From the NCBI GenBank assembly GCA_964566225.1, contig CAZMHV010000001.1, forward strand, positions 242,651-306,650: a stretch of DNA of 64,000 nucleotides, in the 5' to 3' direction. Position numbers and translations under genes: made by a program. Positions 29,652 to 39,860 of the stretch are shown one piece after another. Position 1 is the stretch's first letter. Every line of letters starts with the position of its first letter. This DNA is from an uncultured Gammaproteobacteria bacterium. Its GTDB lineage: Bacteria > Patescibacteriota > Patescibacteriia > Magasanikbacterales > UBA922. The notes under the pieces were generated by a model. It had not been told where the DNA came from, searched no databases, and saw only the letters and a program-made list of their open reading frames with translations.

Positions 29652-31727
29652 TTATTTCTTTTTCATTTTCTCTTTCAACTTCAACTCTCGCACCTCATCA
29701 CGAAGTATGGCAGCCAATTCAAACTCAAGTTTTTGTGCTGCCTCACGCATTTGTAATTCTTTGTCTTTGATGATTTCTTTGAGTGGTCGGTCGTCGCCGA
29801 GTAAATCAAGCGATGTAATGGATCCATGTCCACCACGTTTTTTGCGAGTCCCGGCTGCTTCTTGTTTTTTGACTGACACAATTCCAAACTCTTCCATCAT
29901 GTTTTTAATCGCCTTTTGAATGGTCTTCGGCGTAATGCCGTGTTCTTCATTGTATTTCATTTGCAAAGCGCGACGACGAGCAGTTTCTTTGACGGCTCGT
30001 TCAATCGAACCAGTCATGTTGTCGGCATACAACACCACTTGCCCATTCACATTACGCGCAGCACGACCAATGGTTTGGATCAAACTCGTTTCACTCCGCA
30101 AAAATCCTTCTTTGTCTGCGTCGAGAATAGCCACAAGCGAAACTTCTGGCATGTCGAGACCTTCACGAAGCAGGTTCACACCTACGAGCACATCATAACT
30201 GCCACGACGCAGTTCCGTAATAATTTCAATGCGCTCAATGGTATCGACATCACTGTGAATATACGCAACTTTGATTTTCTTTTCTTTTAAATATTCCGTC
30301 AAATCTTCAGCCATTTTTTTGGTCAGCGTCGTCACGAGTGTACGCTCACCCTTTTTGGTTCGCTCTTCAATGCGAAGAATGACATCTTCAATCTGTGATT
30401 TGTTTTTGCCGACTCGCTCCGTAACTGGCACAATGATCACTTCTGGATCAATAAGCCCAGTTGGACGCACGATTTGTTCTACGACTTGTTCACTTTGTTC
30501 AATTTCATAGGGCGAAGGAGTCGCAGACACAAACAAGACCTGAGCAACATTTTTGTTAAATTCATCAAATTTCAATGGACGATTGTCGCGCGCACTTGGG
30601 AGGCGAAAACCATGTTCCACCAGCACATCTTTGCGTGCTCGGTCACCATTGTACATGGCGCGAATTTGTGACGCAGTCACGTGCGACTCATCAATCACGG
30701 TCAAAAAGTTCTTGGCCGAATGTTTGAAATAATCAAGCAAAGTAAATGGTGGCTCACCCTCATTGCGCCCTTCAAAATGTGAAGAATAATTTTCAATACC
30801 ATTGCAGTAGCCAATATTTTGGATCATTTCAAGGTCATACGAAACACGACGCTTGAGGCGTTCATACTCGAGGAGTTTCCCCTCTTTTTGAAACAAAGCT
30901 AACTGCTTTTCAAGTTCGGCACGAATACTCACCACGGCTCGTTCACGCGCTGCTGGTGGCGCCACATAGTGACGCGCAGGGAAAAACCAAATATCTTCTT
31001 GCTCACGCAAAACCTTACGAGTAATGGGATCAATTTGTTCAATGCGATCAATCGTATCTGTGGTTTCAAATCGATAAATTTTTTCTTCATTTACCGGCAT
31101 GATTTCGAGCACCTGTCCGCGAAGCATAAAGGTTCCACGTTTCATTTCTGCATTTGTTCTTTCAAATTGCATTTCAATCAGTTGCTGCATCAGTGCAGTT
31201 CGGTCCATTTTTTGTCCTTTTTCAATATGCAAAACAATTTGTTCATATTCAGTTGGCGAACCCAAACCATAAATAGCAGAAACAGATGCAACAATAATCA
31301 CATCTTGTCTAGTGAGCAAAGCCTGGGTACAGGCATGACGAAGACGGTCAATTTCTTCATTGATCTGGGCTTCCTTTTCAATATACGTGTCGCTACTCGG
31401 CATGTACGCCTCTGGCTGGTAATAATCGTAGTAAGAAACAAAATACTCCACGGCGCTATCTGGGAAAAACTCACGGAATTCATTACAAAGCTGGGCCGCG
31501 AGGGTCTTATTGTGAGCAATCACGAGGGTAGGCATTTGTACCTGTTCAATGACATTGGCAATGGTAAAGGTCTTTCCAGAACCAGTCACACCGAGAAGCG
31601 TTTGGCGTTGAAAGCCTTTTTGGAGGCCAGAAACCAAAGACTCAATGGCTTTGGGCTGGTCTCCGGAGGGTTTGTAGTTGGATTTGATTTTGAATTTCAT
31701 ATCTTGAAAGTGTATCAAATTGCTCAC
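29652..31727 (-). CDS. uvrB: Excinuclease ABC subunit B
   Basis: 'YKPSGDQPKAI', 'GVTGSGKTFT', helicase motifs, C-terminal UVR domain. Confidence 0.9.
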   Translation of the reverse strand: MSNLIHFQDMKFKIKSNYKPSGDQPKAIESLVSGLQKGFQRQTLLGVTGSGKTFTIANVIEQVQMPTLVIAHNKTLAAQLCNEFREFFPDSAVEYFVSYYDYYQPEAYMPSSDTYIEKEAQINEEIDRLRHACTQALLTRQDVIIVASVSAIYGLGSPTEYEQIVLHIEKGQKMDRTALMQQLIEMQFERTNAEMKRGTFMLRGQVLEIMPVNEEKIYRFETTDTIDRIEQIDPITRKVLREQEDIWFFPARHYVAPPAARERAVVSIRAELEKQLALFQKEGKLLEYERLKRRVSYDLEMIQNIGYCNGIENYSSHFEGRNEGEPPFTLLDYFKHSAKNFLTVIDESHVTASQIRAMYNGDRARKDVLVEHGFRLPSARDNRPLKFDEFNKNVAQVLFVSATPSPYEIEQSEQVVEQIVRPTGLIDPEVIIVPVTERVGKNKSQIEDVILRIEERTKKGERTLVTTLTKKMAEDLTEYLKEKKIKVAYIHSDVDTIERIEIITELRRGSYDVLVGVNLLREGLDMPEVSLVAILDADKEGFLRSETSLIQTIGRAARNVNGQVVLYADNMTGSIERAVKETARRRALQMKYNEEHGITPKTIQKAIKNMMEEFGIVSVKKQEAAGTRKKRGGHGSITSLDLLGDDRPLKEIIKDKELQMREAAQKLEFELAAILRDEVRELKLKEKMKKK

Positions 31728-31778
31728 AGAAAAGCAAAAAATCCCGCTCTAAACGGAATTTCTTGTTTTTCTACTTTC

Positions 31779-33128
31779 TTATACCTCAACTGTTTCATGC
31801 GCCTCGGGCACAAACGCCTGCACGCCAAATTCATCTCGAATTTTGTGTGCAAATGTGGTAGCCGCCGAGGGTTCCCCGTGAACACAGTACACTTTTGAAG
31901 GACGATGTTTGGAATTACGAATCCACTGAAGGAGTTTCAACTGATCGGCATGTGCTGAGAGCGCACCAATGGCTTTGATTTTACAGTGCACAGGTACATG
32001 TTCACCTAAAATTTCTACATTTTCTGCTCCTTCATACAAATGTCTCCCCAGTGTCCCCTGCGCTTGATACCCCACAATAATCAAAGTAGATGCCGGGTCA
32101 GACACATAACGAAGTGCATGATGTACAATACGTCCACCATTCATCATACCAGAGCCTGCAATAACAATCTTGGGGCCTCGCACATTGTTGATAGTTTTGG
32201 ATTCTTCGCGAGTATAGGTTACGTGGAGCTGAGGAAAATCGAGAAAATCATCACCATTTTTATCATGTTTCTTAGCATCCTCATCATAATATTCTTTATA
32301 CTTTCTATATACTTCCGTCGCATCAATAGCAAGTGGACTGTCGAGATAAATAGGAATATTGGGGAGGGTATGATCATGCTCACTCATTTCGTGGAGTTTA
32401 TAAATTAACTCTTGAGTACGTTCGAGTGAAAAAGCCGGAATCATAATAGTGCCCCCACGAGCTGCACCTTCTTGAATAAGTGAAAGCAAAATTTGGTCGC
32501 GCTGTGCTGCTGACTCGTGAATTCTGTCTCCATACGTAGATTCACACAGAAGCACATCAATGCCAGGCAAATCTTCGGTATCTTGAATAATCGGTGCATC
32601 AACATTGCCCACATCCCCCGAAAACACCACTCTTTTCCCTTCGGCAAGAAGTTCAATAAATGCAGAACCAAAAATATGTCCTGCATCATGAAACCGAATC
32701 ACTATATCGCCCACACGAATTTCTTCACGATAATCAACACCTTCACAGAGCATAGAGGCCTCAGCAATATCTTGCGGAGTAAAAAGAAGTGGTGACTGAT
32801 ATTTTTTATTGTTGTATTCCATTATTTGGTAGGCATCGTCCCAAATAAGGCGAGCAAGTTCTACCGTGGCCTTGGTCATATAAATTTTTCCGCCAAAACC
32901 ATCTTTGACCAGTTTAGGAATTCTCCCTACGTGGTCAAGGTGGGCATGACTCACAATCACTGCTGAGATTTTTTTGGGATCAAATGGAAAGTTATCATGA
33001 TTTTTTCCTTCGTTAAAGTCACTCCCCTGAAACATTCCACAGTCAAGCAGAATTTTGGTTTTGGCAGTTTCAATAAGGTGACAAGAACCAGTAACTTCGT
33101 GTGCCGCTCCGTGAAAAGTTATTTTCAT
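31779..33128 (-). CDS. MBL-fold beta-CASP family ribonuclease (RNase J/CPSF-like RNA-metabolising metallo-beta-lactamase)
   Basis: 'HxHxDH' motif in 'IVSHAHLDHVGRIP', beta-CASP region with the conserved H near the C-terminus. Confidence 0.75.
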   Translation of the reverse strand: MKITFHGAAHEVTGSCHLIETAKTKILLDCGMFQGSDFNEGKNHDNFPFDPKKISAVIVSHAHLDHVGRIPKLVKDGFGGKIYMTKATVELARLIWDDAYQIMEYNNKKYQSPLLFTPQDIAEASMLCEGVDYREEIRVGDIVIRFHDAGHIFGSAFIELLAEGKRVVFSGDVGNVDAPIIQDTEDLPGIDVLLCESTYGDRIHESAAQRDQILLSLIQEGAARGGTIMIPAFSLERTQELIYKLHEMSEHDHTLPNIPIYLDSPLAIDATEVYRKYKEYYDEDAKKHDKNGDDFLDFPQLHVTYTREESKTINNVRGPKIVIAGSGMMNGGRIVHHALRYVSDPASTLIIVGYQAQGTLGRHLYEGAENVEILGEHVPVHCKIKAIGALSAHADQLKLLQWIRNSKHRPSKVYCVHGEPSAATTFAHKIRDEFGVQAFVPEAHETVEV

Positions 33129-33234
33129 AAAACCAAAAAAAAAGTTTTAGTATAAAATTATCATACCATATCTGTTCAAAATCCACTATACTTATCATCC
33201 ACTTTCTGATATACTATTTTTATCGTTAAAAACT

Positions 33235-33900
33235 ATGCTAAAACCAAAAGAAGACGTTGTTATTCAAGATCCGGCTATTGAAGAATTTGGAAAAAAACAT
33301 TCGTGTATAAAAAGAACCTGCCTTTCTGGATGTGGGTGTTTTCTTTTATTTGTAATACTTTTTGTTGTTGTAATCAACGTAGCCTCTCACCCAAGAAGCC
33401 GTTCACTCAAGGCAATTCCACCCCCTCTCAAAGTTCAGGTTCCACTGTACGATACTCAAAATGTCCAAAAAATTACAGTAATTAAAAATACAGACAATAA
33501 TCTGCTTGGTGGAGTTTTATCATTGGTCCCCAAAATGATCCTTTCACCACTCGTCGTGGTAAAACCAGAACTTTTTCTTACTCGACCGCAGCATGGTGAA
33601 GATGCTGCTCTTGAAAATTTAAAAATATTTTTCAAAAAACCTCTGAGTGAACCAAAAGAAACCTATACCCTACAGTGGAAAAATTTATCAGCAGAACTCT
33701 CTTTTATAAAAGATTATTACCAATCTGAACTGACAAAAAAACAATTTACTGTCAAAACTACTCAAACATCGACGAGTACACTCAACATTTCTTTCCAAAA
33801 ACATGGAATCAGTGGTGTCATATTGGGCGAAGATCATTCTGACAAAAAAGATGGCACTGACTTTGTTTCTGTACAGGTAAGCATACCTAAGGCCCAGTAA
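33235..33900 (+). CDS. hypothetical membrane-anchored protein
   Basis: N-terminal TM 'FLLFVILFVVVINV'; directly upstream of murJ. Confidence 0.5.
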   Translation: MLKPKEDVVIQDPAIEEFGKKHSCIKRTCLSGCGCFLLFVILFVVVINVASHPRSRSLKAIPPPLKVQVPLYDTQNVQKITVIKNTDNNLLGGVLSLVPKMILSPLVVVKPELFLTRPQHGEDAALENLKIFFKKPLSEPKETYTLQWKNLSAELSFIKDYYQSELTKKQFTVKTTQTSTSTLNISFQKHGISGVILGEDHSDKKDGTDFVSVQVSIPKAQ

Positions 33901-33903
33901 CAC

Positions 33904-35538
33904 ATGCTCAAAAAACTTTTTTCTTCGGAGTCACAATCCATTACCGGAGCCGCTCTTTTACTTGGAGCTGCTTCTTTTTTGAGTCGTATTATTGGTGTAT
34001 TTCGTGACCGTATTTTGGCCTCTCAATTTGGTGCAAGCACTGAACTTGATATTTATACCGCAGCATTCCGTATTCCCGATTTTTTATATAATATTGTCAT
34101 AGTAGGAGCCTTGTCTGCAGGATTTATTCCTATTTTTTTGAGTATCTATCAAAAAGAAAAAAATAAAGCATGGGAATTCACCAACCGAGTCCTTACTTTT
34201 ACTTTTTTTTCTCTTTCTTTGGTTTCAATCATTGCTTTTTTTGTACTTCCATCAACAATCCAATTTTTAGTTCCAGGATTTTCGCCAGAAGCTCAAAAAC
34301 AAACACTCATGATGACGCGGATTATGCTGCTCTCACCTCTGTTTTTGGGACTCAGTGCCGTGGTTTCGAGTGTGCTTCAATCACTTCGTTCCTTTTTCGT
34401 CTATTCTCTCACGCCAATTTTTTATAACGCAGGTATTATTTTTGGAGCTCTCTTTTTGGTCCCCTCCTATGGACTAAACGGTTTAGCCTATGGAGTAGTC
34501 ATTGGAGCTTTTCTTCATTTTTGCATCCAACTTCCCGCATTATTTCATTCGGGTTTCCACTTTGCTCCCCTCTGGCACGGTCAAAAAAAAGGATCACATT
34601 TTTTTGATACACACATGAAACAACTGCTCAAACTCATGATCCCTCGTACATTAACTTTGGGTACGGTACAACTCAGTACCCTCATTACAACTTTTTTTGC
34701 TTCCACACTCGCAAGTGGGAGTATTGCAGTATTTACCTTTGCCACCAATATTGCTTCACTTCCAATTGGAATTATAGGTATTTCATTTGCTTTGGCAGCA
34801 TTTCCAACACTTTCTGAACTGGCAACCAAAAATAAAAAAGAAGAATTTGCAAATCATCTCTCAACTACTACCAAACAAATACTTTTTTTTACTTTGCCTC
34901 TCACTGTTATTTTTATTTTACTTCGTGCTCATATTGTACGTGTACTTTTGGGCACTGGCGAATTTAATTGGGATAATACACGAGACACGGCAAATACCGT
35001 AGGGATGTTTTGTATAGCACTCTTTGCACAGTGTCTTATACCACTCTACACCAGAGCATTTTATGCATTTCATGATACCAAGACGCCTTTTTTGAGAGCG
35101 AGTGTTTCTTTGGTGCTCACCGCAATCTTTAGTTTTGTACTCAAACAGTATCTTGGCGTAGCAGGATTGGCTCTCGGTATTTCACTCGCTGCTTTGATAG
35201 AACTTATGTTACTTGTTGTCAGTCTTAAAAAATTTGTATTTAAAATTGATGAAAATATCATACGATCTGCCTTTAAAATGATTTTAGCCACAATCATGAT
35301 GGGTATAACCTTGCAAATGCTCAAAGTCCCTTTGGCAAACCTTTTGGAAACAAATACCTTTATGGGTATATTTTTACAAGGACTCATTTCTGGACTCATT
35401 GGAATTTTTGTGTATATTGTTTTTTGTCTGCTTCTTAAACTTGAAGAAGCAACCCTCCTTTACCAAAGTCTTCAAAAAAAATGGTTGAGACTAAAAAACA
35501 TACCATCTCAAGCTGGGCAAATTGATGAAATTAAATAA
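33904..35538 (+). CDS. murJ: Lipid II flippase MurJ (MviN)
   Basis: 'GASTELDIYTAAFRIPDFLYNIVIVGALSAGFIPIF' and about 14 predicted TM segments. Confidence 0.85.
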   Translation: MLKKLFSSESQSITGAALLLGAASFLSRIIGVFRDRILASQFGASTELDIYTAAFRIPDFLYNIVIVGALSAGFIPIFLSIYQKEKNKAWEFTNRVLTFTFFSLSLVSIIAFFVLPSTIQFLVPGFSPEAQKQTLMMTRIMLLSPLFLGLSAVVSSVLQSLRSFFVYSLTPIFYNAGIIFGALFLVPSYGLNGLAYGVVIGAFLHFCIQLPALFHSGFHFAPLWHGQKKGSHFFDTHMKQLLKLMIPRTLTLGTVQLSTLITTFFASTLASGSIAVFTFATNIASLPIGIIGISFALAAFPTLSELATKNKKEEFANHLSTTTKQILFFTLPLTVIFILLRAHIVRVLLGTGEFNWDNTRDTANTVGMFCIALFAQCLIPLYTRAFYAFHDTKTPFLRASVSLVLTAIFSFVLKQYLGVAGLALGISLAALIELMLLVVSLKKFVFKIDENIIRSAFKMILATIMMGITLQMLKVPLANLLETNTFMGIFLQGLISGLIGIFVYIVFCLLLKLEEATLLYQSLQKKWLRLKNIPSQAGQIDEIK

Positions 35539-35737
35539 GCTATTATCGTGGCTTCAAATTCTTCTTTTTTGATATTTTTATGCCTCGCCAACTCCAAGCC
35601 TCTTCTGCGCACGCTGTCTGTGCCCCGTGTCTTTCTGATGAGACTCCAACGCTCATTGACGTTAAAATGGCGGATTGGGTAGGCTCAAACAAAATAAAAA
35701 TATCAAAAAAGAAGAATTTGAAGCCACTCAAGGCAGC

Positions 35738-35766
35738 TTGCCAAATACCATAAACAATGCTAAAAT
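35738..35766 (+). promoter_or_regulatory. sigma70-like promoter TTGCCA-N17-TAAAAT upstream of lepA
   Basis: Exact 17-nt spacer; 35 nt upstream of the lepA ATG. Confidence 0.4.
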
Positions 35767-35800
35767 AGCCCTAAGTTTCAGGACTATTTTTTTGTTTTTT

Positions 35801-37603
35801 ATGCAGAATATACGGAATTTTTGTATTATCGCCCACATTGATCATGGCAAATCGACCCTCGCCGACCGTTTTGTTGAAATTACGGGTACGGTCGACAAGC
35901 GCAAAATGAAGGATCAACTCCTTGATCAAATGGAACTGGAGCAAGAACGCGGCATCACCATTAAGCTGCAGCCCGTGCGCATGAAGTATACCTATAAAGA
36001 TGGTACTGAATACCTCATGAACCTCATTGATACTCCAGGTCATGTGGATTTTACCTATGAAGTTTCTCGATCACTCGCAGCGGTAGAAGGTGCGATTCTT
36101 TTGGTTGATGTGAGTCAGGGTGTGCAGGCACAAACCATTGGTAATTTGTATTTAGCGATTGAACAAAATCTCAAAATTATTCCGGTTCTCAATAAAGTAG
36201 ATTTACCAAATGCAGATATTGAAAAAGCCAAAGCCGAACTGATTCACCTCCTTGGTTGTGATGAAAGTGAAATTCTCATGTGCAGTGGAAAATCTGGCAT
36301 GGGTGTGCCAGAGCTGCTCGAAGCCGTCATTGAACGTGTTCCTGCCCCAACCGAGTTTTTACCAGGTGAAACTCGAGCATTGATTTTTGATTCATTCTAC
36401 GACGAATACAAAGGTGTGGTAGCCGCAGTGCGCATCACCGATGGCAGCATGCACAAAAGTGAAAAAATTCATTTTATGAAAAGTGGTGCGGAAGCAGAAA
36501 TTTTGGAAATTGGACACTATGCACCAAAACCTGTGAGTGACCTGGCGCTTGAAACTGGACAAATTGGATATATTGCCACGGGTATTAAAGAACTCCGTGA
36601 TGTACGCGTGGGTGACACCATTACTTTGTCTGCCACTCCTGCTACAGAAGAACTCCCTGGCTACCGCGAAGTTCGTCCTATGGTGTTTGCCGGAATCTTT
36701 CCCAAAGAAGGAGACGACTATAACGCACTGCGTGACGGAATTGATAAACTGAAACTCAGTGACTCAGCCCTGTACTATGAACAAGAACATTCACAAGCGC
36801 TTGGATTTGGTTTTCGTTGTGGGTTCCTCGGCATGCTGCACCTTGATATTTTTCAAGAACGTCTGCGCCGTGAATTTGACCTCGACATTGTGGCCACAGT
36901 GCCAAGTGTTGCGTACCATGTAACCAAAACCAATGGTGACTCACTCACTGTAAAAAGTCCACAAAGTTTACCAGACCCAACCTACATTGAACATGTAGAA
37001 GAACCTTGGATGACCGTGGACATTATTACACCAGATAACTACATTGGAAATGTGATGAGTTTGGTGATTGAAAAAAAGGGACGCTACCTCAACACCGAAT
37101 ACCTCAGTATGGGTAGTGGCAAACGCGCCATGCTCCACTACGAAATGCCACTCACTTCTCTTATTACTGACTTCTATGACAAACTGAAGAGTGCAACCAG
37201 TGGCTATGCATCACTCAATTATGAACTGAAACGCTACGAAGAAACCGATGTGGTGCGTCTTGATATTCTCGTTGCAGACGAACTGGTAGAAGCACTCGCC
37301 ACACTGGTATGGCGTGATGATGCACACAAAGTTGGAAAAAAGATGGTAGAGACCCTCAAAGAAACTTTGCCCCGCCAACAATTTGTGTTAAAAATTCAAG
37401 CTGCGATTGGTGGAAAAGTGGTTGCTTCCGAAAAAATTTCTGCCATGCGCAAAGATGTAACTGCCAAACTCTATGGTGGAGACGTGACCCGCAAAAACAA
37501 ACTCCTTGAAAAACAAAAGAAAGGAAAAAAGAAAATGATGGAAATGGGTAAAGGAACCGTAGATATTCCAACCGAGGCGTATTTAGCAGTACTCAAACGA
37601 TAA
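35801..37603 (+). CDS. lepA: Elongation factor 4 (LepA)
   Basis: 'IRNFCIIAHIDHGKSTLADR', 'DTPGHVDF', LepA-specific C-terminal domain. ATG at 35801 preferred over the upstream alternative start in the ORF track. Confidence 0.9.
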   Translation: MQNIRNFCIIAHIDHGKSTLADRFVEITGTVDKRKMKDQLLDQMELEQERGITIKLQPVRMKYTYKDGTEYLMNLIDTPGHVDFTYEVSRSLAAVEGAILLVDVSQGVQAQTIGNLYLAIEQNLKIIPVLNKVDLPNADIEKAKAELIHLLGCDESEILMCSGKSGMGVPELLEAVIERVPAPTEFLPGETRALIFDSFYDEYKGVVAAVRITDGSMHKSEKIHFMKSGAEAEILEIGHYAPKPVSDLALETGQIGYIATGIKELRDVRVGDTITLSATPATEELPGYREVRPMVFAGIFPKEGDDYNALRDGIDKLKLSDSALYYEQEHSQALGFGFRCGFLGMLHLDIFQERLRREFDLDIVATVPSVAYHVTKTNGDSLTVKSPQSLPDPTYIEHVEEPWMTVDIITPDNYIGNVMSLVIEKKGRYLNTEYLSMGSGKRAMLHYEMPLTSLITDFYDKLKSATSGYASLNYELKRYEETDVVRLDILVADELVEALATLVWRDDAHKVGKKMVETLKETLPRQQFVLKIQAAIGGKVVASEKISAMRKDVTAKLYGGDVTRKNKLLEKQKKGKKKMMEMGKGTVDIPTEAYLAVLKR

Positions 37604-37607
37604 CCTT

Positions 37608-39377
37608 ATGCAAAAAATTTGGAAACTCCTTGACGCTCCTCCCCAGTCTTTTTACGATGAATTCGCAGAGTTGCCACCACTCGTGGCCAACTTACTGTAC
37701 CACCGCAACATTCGTACCCAAAAAGCTATTGATGAATTTCTCTACACAGATTATGGTGAACATATCCATGATCCTTTTTTGTTTCGTGACATAAAAAAAG
37801 CTGTGGAACGACTGTTTGCCGCCATTGAAAAAAACGAAAAAATTACCATTCATGGAGATTATGATGCTGATGGTGTTTCTGCTTCCACTATTTTGTATAC
37901 CACTCTCAAAAATCTTGGAGCAACGCAACTTGATGTCTTTCTCCCCCACCGTGAACTTGATGGCTATGGCATGAACCTTAAAACCGTTGCCATGCTCAAA
38001 GAAACCGGGACCACTGTGATTATCACCTGCGACTGCGGTATTAGCAACACCGAAGAAATTACCAAAGCCGAAGAACTTGGCATGAATGTGATTATCACTG
38101 ACCACCACGCAATTCCAGCCGTGCTGCCACCCGCCACAGCCATCATCCACCCAAAGGTTGACGGTGAAACCTACCCAGACAAAGGCCTTGCCGGAGGTGG
38201 TGTGGCCTTTAAATTGGCCCAGGCGCTGCTTTTGACCCACAAAGAACATGGAAAGACACTCTTGAATGGTGACAGCCATGAAGCGGCCGAAAAATGGCTC
38301 CTCGACATGGCTGCTATTGCCAGTGTGGCAGATATGGTCCCACTTGTGGGAGAATCTCGCACGCTTACCAAATATGGTCTCATTGTGATGAACAAAACAC
38401 GTCGCATTGGCCTCCAAAAACTCTTGCTCGAAGCACGCATCATGGAACAAGACGGAAGCATGAAAAAAGAATTGACTGCTGACACCATTGGTTTTCAAAT
38501 TGCCCCACGCATCAATGCTGCAGGCAGACTCGAACATGCCAATGTTGCGTTTAAACTCATGACGACAGAAGATCCAATTGAAGCCACAGACTTAGCGTAT
38601 CAATTGGACCAAAACAACAAAGAACGACAACAGCTCACAGATGCTTTTTGCAAACAAGCCATTGAACAAGTGGAACGTGATCAAAAAAACAATCCTATTC
38701 TTTTTGTATTTGGCAGTGAGTGGACTACGGGGATTGTAGGACTCATTGCGAGCAAACTCAAAGAAAAATACCAAAAACCAAGTATTGCCATGGCACTCAA
38801 TGGTGAACTTCTTACCGGATCAGGCCGAAGTATAACTGGCTTCAACATGATTGAATCGATTCAAGAAATACCCGAACACTTTTTGAAATTTGGCGGCCAC
38901 CCCATGGCTTGTGGATTTAGTTTGAAAGACAAAGAAAAAAGAAAAGAATTTGAAGCAGCCCTGATTGCCAAATACCATGAAAAAACAAAAAACGTAGACA
39001 TGACTCCCCTCCTGTACATTGATACAGAAGTCAAACTCCAAGAAATTAACTGGGAACTTTACGACACACTTGATAAATTTAAACCCTTTGGACAAGCCAA
39101 TGAACGACCAAAATACTTAGTACGTGATGTTTCTGTCACTGGCATTGAGCAAATGGGCCAAATGAAACAACACCTCAAACTCATGATTCGCCAAAATGGT
39201 GGCAACATCAAAAAAACTGTTGGTTGGAGAATGTGTGAAGAAAATGGTGAACGCACCAACTGGGCCAAAGCACTCAAAATTGGAGACAAAATTGATATGG
39301 TGTTTGAACTCGATGTCAATGAATGGAATGGAAATCGAGAATTACAACTTACGATTGTTGATATTAAAAAAATTTAA
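37608..39377 (+). CDS. recJ: Single-stranded-DNA-specific exonuclease RecJ
   Basis: DHH motifs 'IHGDYDADGVSA', 'ITDHH', DHHA1 'GGHPMACG'. Confidence 0.85.
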   Translation: MQKIWKLLDAPPQSFYDEFAELPPLVANLLYHRNIRTQKAIDEFLYTDYGEHIHDPFLFRDIKKAVERLFAAIEKNEKITIHGDYDADGVSASTILYTTLKNLGATQLDVFLPHRELDGYGMNLKTVAMLKETGTTVIITCDCGISNTEEITKAEELGMNVIITDHHAIPAVLPPATAIIHPKVDGETYPDKGLAGGGVAFKLAQALLLTHKEHGKTLLNGDSHEAAEKWLLDMAAIASVADMVPLVGESRTLTKYGLIVMNKTRRIGLQKLLLEARIMEQDGSMKKELTADTIGFQIAPRINAAGRLEHANVAFKLMTTEDPIEATDLAYQLDQNNKERQQLTDAFCKQAIEQVERDQKNNPILFVFGSEWTTGIVGLIASKLKEKYQKPSIAMALNGELLTGSGRSITGFNMIESIQEIPEHFLKFGGHPMACGFSLKDKEKRKEFEAALIAKYHEKTKNVDMTPLLYIDTEVKLQEINWELYDTLDKFKPFGQANERPKYLVRDVSVTGIEQMGQMKQHLKLMIRQNGGNIKKTVGWRMCEENGERTNWAKALKIGDKIDMVFELDVNEWNGNRELQLTIVDIKKI

Positions 39378-39405
39378 AATTCTTATTTCCCCGAAACAAA
39401 CTTCT

Positions 39406-39807
39406 ATGATCCTCACCATCTTCACCGACGGCGGCTCCCGTGGCAATCCAGGCCCAGCTGCCACAGGAATTGTCATCAAAAATGAATCTGGCCAAGTGGT
39501 AGCAGCCTATGGCGAATACCTCGGCACCCAAACCAACAACTATGCAGAATACTCAGCCATAATATCTGCCCTCAAAAAAGCCAAAGAACTCGGTGCTACC
39601 GAAGTAAACTGCCTGGCCGATAGTAAACTCGTTATTGAACAGCTCAGTGGCCACTGGAAGGTGAAAGAACCCACCATTCAAAAACTGTTTCTTGAAGCTT
39701 GGAACGGACTCCACCAATTCAAAAAATATACACTCAAACATGTAATGCGTGAAAAAAATACAGAGGCAGACGCAGAAGTAAACAAAATTTTGGATGCAGC
39801 ACACTAA
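39406..39807 (+). CDS. rnhA: Ribonuclease HI
   Basis: 'IFTDGGSRGNPGPAATG', 'TNNYAEYSAIISAL', C-terminal Asp. Confidence 0.85.
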   Translation: MILTIFTDGGSRGNPGPAATGIVIKNESGQVVAAYGEYLGTQTNNYAEYSAIISALKKAKELGATEVNCLADSKLVIEQLSGHWKVKEPTIQKLFLEAWNGLHQFKKYTLKHVMREKNTEADAEVNKILDAAH

Positions 39808-39811
39808 AACA

Positions 39812-39840
39812 AAAACCCGGTCAAAAGACCGGGTTTTTTG
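39812..39840. terminator. Bidirectional rho-independent terminator
   Basis: AACCCGGTC-AAAA-GACCGGGTT with A-run upstream and T-run downstream. Confidence 0.7.
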
Positions 39841-39860
39841 ATACCTATTGACTGTCATCA

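Noticed and set aside
35635-35642. CTGATGAG hammerhead-ribozyme-like core motif
   Set aside because: No downstream CGAAA, and no stem II or III complementarity could be drawn; an isolated 8-mer match.
37692-38537. 281-aa minus-strand ORF inside recJ, and similar long antisense ORFs inside uvrA (22519-24579), uvrB (30969-31898), dnaJ (46036-46572) and dnaK
   Set aside because: Antisense to genes with unambiguous family signatures. Produced by codon-position bias of the sense gene.
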